31,872 bases of DNA from Gammaproteobacteria bacterium (GTDB lineage Bacteria > Pseudomonadota > Gammaproteobacteria > SZUA-229). This document shows, in pieces, positions 29,118 through 31,872 of the stretch (positions are counted from its first letter, which is position 1; each line of letters opens with the position of its first letter). The stretch is taken from contig JARFQK010000263.1 in assembly GCA_029287815.1 (NCBI GenBank), positions 1-31,872 on the forward strand, written 5' to 3'. Under the pieces are notes generated by a model that worked only from the letters and a program-made list of their open reading frames with translations, was not told the DNA's origin and did not search any database. A program made the position numbers and the translations under genes.

Positions 29118-30152
29118 TTAAAAAGCATCTTTGTTGGCTGCCTTCTTGATTGCCTCGTCTTTGTTGATCAAGCCCTTGGCGAGCAATTCCTGCAGATTCT
29201 GATCGAGCGTCTGCATACCTATAGACTGACCGGTCTGGATCGCAGAGTACATTTGAGCGATCTTGTTCTCTCGGATCAGGTTGCGAACGGCCGGCGTACC
29301 CAGCATGATTTCGTGTGCCGCGACGCGACCACCGCCGATTTTCTTCAGCAATGTCTGCGAAATCACTGCACGCAGCGACTCCGACAGCATCGAACGCACC
29401 ATCTCTTTTTCAGCTGCGGGAAACACATCGACGACACGGTCGATAGTTTTTGCTGCCGAGCTCGTGTGCAGCGTGCCGAAGACGAGATGCCCGGTTTCGG
29501 CGGCCGACAGCGCCAGCCGGATCGTCTCGAGGTCACGCATCTCACCGACCAGAATAACGTCTGGGTCCTCACGCAGCGCGGAACGCAAAGCCTCACTGAA
29601 TCCGAGAGTATCCCGGTGAACCTCGCGCTGGTTGATCAGGCACTTCTTGCTTTCATGCACAAACTCAATCGGATCCTCGATGGTCAAAACGTGGCCATAA
29701 TGATTTTCGTTGACATAGTTGATCATGCCCGCCAGTGTGGTCGATTTACCGGAGCCGGTGGGCCCGGTGACGAGCACGATACCGCGCGGCGTGTTTGAAA
29801 TATTCTCGAAAATTTTTGGTGCCTTCAGCTCTTCCAGGGTCAGAATCTTGGACGGGATAGTACGGAAGACGGCACCAGCGCCCCGGTTATGATTGAATGC
29901 GTTGACACGAAAACGCGCCAGGCCCGGTATTTCAAAGGAAAAGTCCGTTTCGAAATACTCCTCAAAGGCCTTGCGTTGTTTGTCGTTCATGATGTCATAG
30001 ACCATGCTGTGCACCATCTCATGATCCATCGGATCAACGTTGATGCGTCGCACATCGCCATCGACGCGGATCATCGGCGGCAAACCCGCGGATAAATGCA
30101 AGTCCGATGCACCATTCTTGACGCTGAACGCAAGCAACTGCGCGATATCCAT
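29118..30152 (-). CDS. pilT: Type IV pilus retraction ATPase PilT
   Basis: MDIAQLLAFSVKNGASDLHLSAG, GPTGSGKSTT, REDPDVILVGEMRD, FGTLHTSSA, AVRNLIRE. Start ATG 30152, not 30242. Confidence 0.98.
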   Translation of the reverse strand: MDIAQLLAFSVKNGASDLHLSAGLPPMIRVDGDVRRINVDPMDHEMVHSMVYDIMNDKQRKAFEEYFETDFSFEIPGLARFRVNAFNHNRGAGAVFRTIPSKILTLEELKAPKIFENISNTPRGIVLVTGPTGSGKSTTLAGMINYVNENHYGHVLTIEDPIEFVHESKKCLINQREVHRDTLGFSEALRSALREDPDVILVGEMRDLETIRLALSAAETGHLVFGTLHTSSAAKTIDRVVDVFPAAEKEMVRSMLSESLRAVISQTLLKKIGGGRVAAHEIMLGTPAVRNLIRENKIAQMYSAIQTGQSIGMQTLDQNLQELLAKGLINKDEAIKKAANKDAF

Positions 30153-30200
30153 ACCCCCCCCTCTGAGATCTGTTTGATGATGGAGTGACCTATAGCTGAT

Positions 30201-30229
30201 GTTATAGACCATCTCGGCGCAGACGTCAT
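30201..30229 (-). promoter_or_regulatory. Possible sigma70 promoter for pilT-pilU-pilU2
   Basis: Minus strand ATGACG (30229-30224), 17-nt spacer, TATAAC (30206-30201). Confidence 0.4.
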
Positions 30230-30353
30230 ACCGCCATAGCAAATATCATTCACATCTGCATTTGACTGCAGGTGGCCGAAAAGACATTCGCTTGGCGACA
30301 AAGCAGCTGTGGTAGACTTCGAACTTTCAGAAGTTCCCTGCGACTACAGGAAG

Positions 30354-31178
30354 ATGAACGCAACGACTGCATTTATCGGTGGCGGCAATATGGCGACCAG
30401 CCTGATCGGCGGTGTAATCGCCGGCGGCACCGATCCGTCGGCGATTCTGGTGGCCGAGCCTGATGCAAGACAGCGCGAACGGCTTTCCCAGCAGTTCGCC
30501 ATCACGGTTACGGACAATAATCTGGAAGCGTTGCGACGAGATGTGGTGGTGTTAGCCGTCAAGCCCCAGTTGCTGCAGCAGGTGTGCAATCAGCTGGCGC
30601 AGTCAGATAGAGCCAGCAGACCACTCTACGTGTCGATTGCTGCAGGCGTCAGAACCAGGGCTATCGAGCGTTGGCTCGGGGGTCATGCCGCGATTGTCCG
30701 ATGCATGCCAAATACGCCGGCATTGATCCGGTGTGGTGCCACAGCAATGTTTGCCAACCCGGTCGTGCAGGCTGCCCAACGTGAGCTGGCCGCGGGTATT
30801 CTTCAGGCCGCCGGCCTGACCGCCTGGGTAGCTGAGGAGGATCAGCTGGATGCGGTGACCGCTGTGTCCGGCAGCGGTCCCGCGTATTTCTTCCTGCTGA
30901 TCGAAGCCTTACAGAGAACGGCGGTCACTCTGGGGCTGGATCAGGAAACGGCGAATCAGCTGACCTTGCAAACAGCCCTGGGTGCAGCGCGCATGGCGAA
31001 CGAAAGCGGCTTGAGCGTTGAAGAATTGCGTGCGCGGGTAACCTCGAAGGGCGGCACCACGGCCGCAGCGATTGCCAGCTTTGAACACAACGAGTTTCAC
31101 CAACTGGTCAGCGAGGCAGTGCATGCGGCATTCGACCGTTCACGCGAACTGGCTGATGAATTCGGCAAAGACAAGTAA
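30354..31178 (+). CDS. proC: Pyrroline-5-carboxylate reductase
   Basis: FIGGGNMA, LAVKPQ, SIAAG, RCMPNTP, TAVSGSGPAYFF, VTSKGGTT; ATG 30354 preceded by AGGAAG. Confidence 0.97.
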   Translation: MNATTAFIGGGNMATSLIGGVIAGGTDPSAILVAEPDARQRERLSQQFAITVTDNNLEALRRDVVVLAVKPQLLQQVCNQLAQSDRASRPLYVSIAAGVRTRAIERWLGGHAAIVRCMPNTPALIRCGATAMFANPVVQAAQRELAAGILQAAGLTAWVAEEDQLDAVTAVSGSGPAYFFLLIEALQRTAVTLGLDQETANQLTLQTALGAARMANESGLSVEELRARVTSKGGTTAAAIASFEHNEFHQLVSEAVHAAFDRSRELADEFGKDK

Positions 31179-31180
31179 CC

Positions 31181-31732
31181 ATGGCACCAGAAAACCCGTT
31201 TATACTGCTCATAAGAACCCTCTTCGATCTGTATATCATCGTGCTGATGTTGCGCTTCATCCTGCAACAGGTGCGCGCGGATTTTTACAACCCGATATCT
31301 CAGTTCATCGTCAAGGTAACGGCGCCGGTGATAAATCCGGCGAAAAAGCTGATCCCAGGCCTTGGCGGCATCGACGTGGCTACGATCGTAGTCGTGATTG
31401 CAATCATTGCGATCAAGATCTATATCGTAGCACTGTTGTCAGGCTACTCACCAGGCCTTGGCACGCTGCTGCTGGTCGGTATCAAGGATTTCATCACGCT
31501 GGCTCTGAATGTATTCATCTTCGCGATCATCGTTCAGGCCATCCTGAGCTGGGTCAACCCGGACCCGTATAATCCGGTGACGGCTGTGTTGTTCAGCATC
31601 ACGAACCCGGTTCTGCAGCCGGTACGCCGCTGGATCAAGCCGATCGAAGGGCTGGATTTGTCACCCTTGTTCGCGATCATCGGCCTGATATTCATCCGGC
31701 AAGTAGTTGTCTACCTGTTCAGTGTGCTCTAG
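31181..31732 (+). CDS. yggT: YggT family membrane protein
   Basis: RFILQQVRADFYNPISQF.VKVT.P..P, ILSWVNP, DLSPLFAII; follows proC. Confidence 0.93.
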   Translation: MAPENPFILLIRTLFDLYIIVLMLRFILQQVRADFYNPISQFIVKVTAPVINPAKKLIPGLGGIDVATIVVVIAIIAIKIYIVALLSGYSPGLGTLLLVGIKDFITLALNVFIFAIIVQAILSWVNPDPYNPVTAVLFSITNPVLQPVRRWIKPIEGLDLSPLFAIIGLIFIRQVVVYLFSVL

Positions 31733-31872
31733 CCCGCATTTCTCACCAGGATCACGGGAGCAGGCGCAGGATTCGTGTTCGTAAGCGCCGCTCTGGAGCG
31801 AAAAGCATAGCCATAGCTACGGTTTGAGTGAAGAGCAAGCTTACGGACGCGAAGACCAGCCTGAACCGTGAT
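31730..31872 (+). mobile_element. MITE-like palindromic element beginning with a family A end (truncated by the window edge)
   Basis: TAGCCCGCATTTCTCACCAGG followed by a long fold-back: ATCACGG/CCGTGAT, CAGGC/GCCTG, TTCGTGTTCGTAAGC/GCTTACGGACGCGAA (G-U tolerant), GCTCT/AGAGC, apical TAGC-CATA-GCTA. No ORF; mobility is inferred. Confidence 0.55.

Noticed and set aside
3167-31872. CRISPR array from the recurring 21-34 bp repeats
   Set aside because: Copies are kilobases apart or inverted, not regularly interspaced, and there are no cas genes.

Overview
Gammaproteobacterial core-genome window; exact taxon cannot be assigned from sequence alone. Gene order: 3' end of an Ig-like/invasin-type gene, aroK-aroB-dgt-dnaG, the SAM cycle (metK, ahcY, metF), rsmE, a minus-strand Pil-Chp cluster (pilG-pilH-pilI-pilJ-chpA-chpC, with no pilK or chpB), gshB-tonB-yqgE-yqgF-pyrR-pyrB-pyrC'-hspQ, minus-strand pilT-pilU-pilU2, and proC-yggT (no yggS). 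No CRISPR array, tRNA, rRNA or transposase was seen. The best candidate for an undescribed system is a putative recoding site inside chpA. It is an A9 run at a domain boundary, with an internal SD-like sequence upstream, a stem-loop downstream and immediate stops in both shifted frames. It would yield a ~782-784 aa N-terminal, FimL-like isoform. Other highlights: a SAM-II riboswitch with a visible antiterminator/terminator upstream of metK, an SAH riboswitch with an SD-sequestering helix upstream of ahcY, nested palindromic repeat families in intergenic spaces (one coincides with two stop codons), and a dnaG detached from rpsU/rpoD and bracketed by those repeats. All calls are by eye; no searches or folding programs were run.
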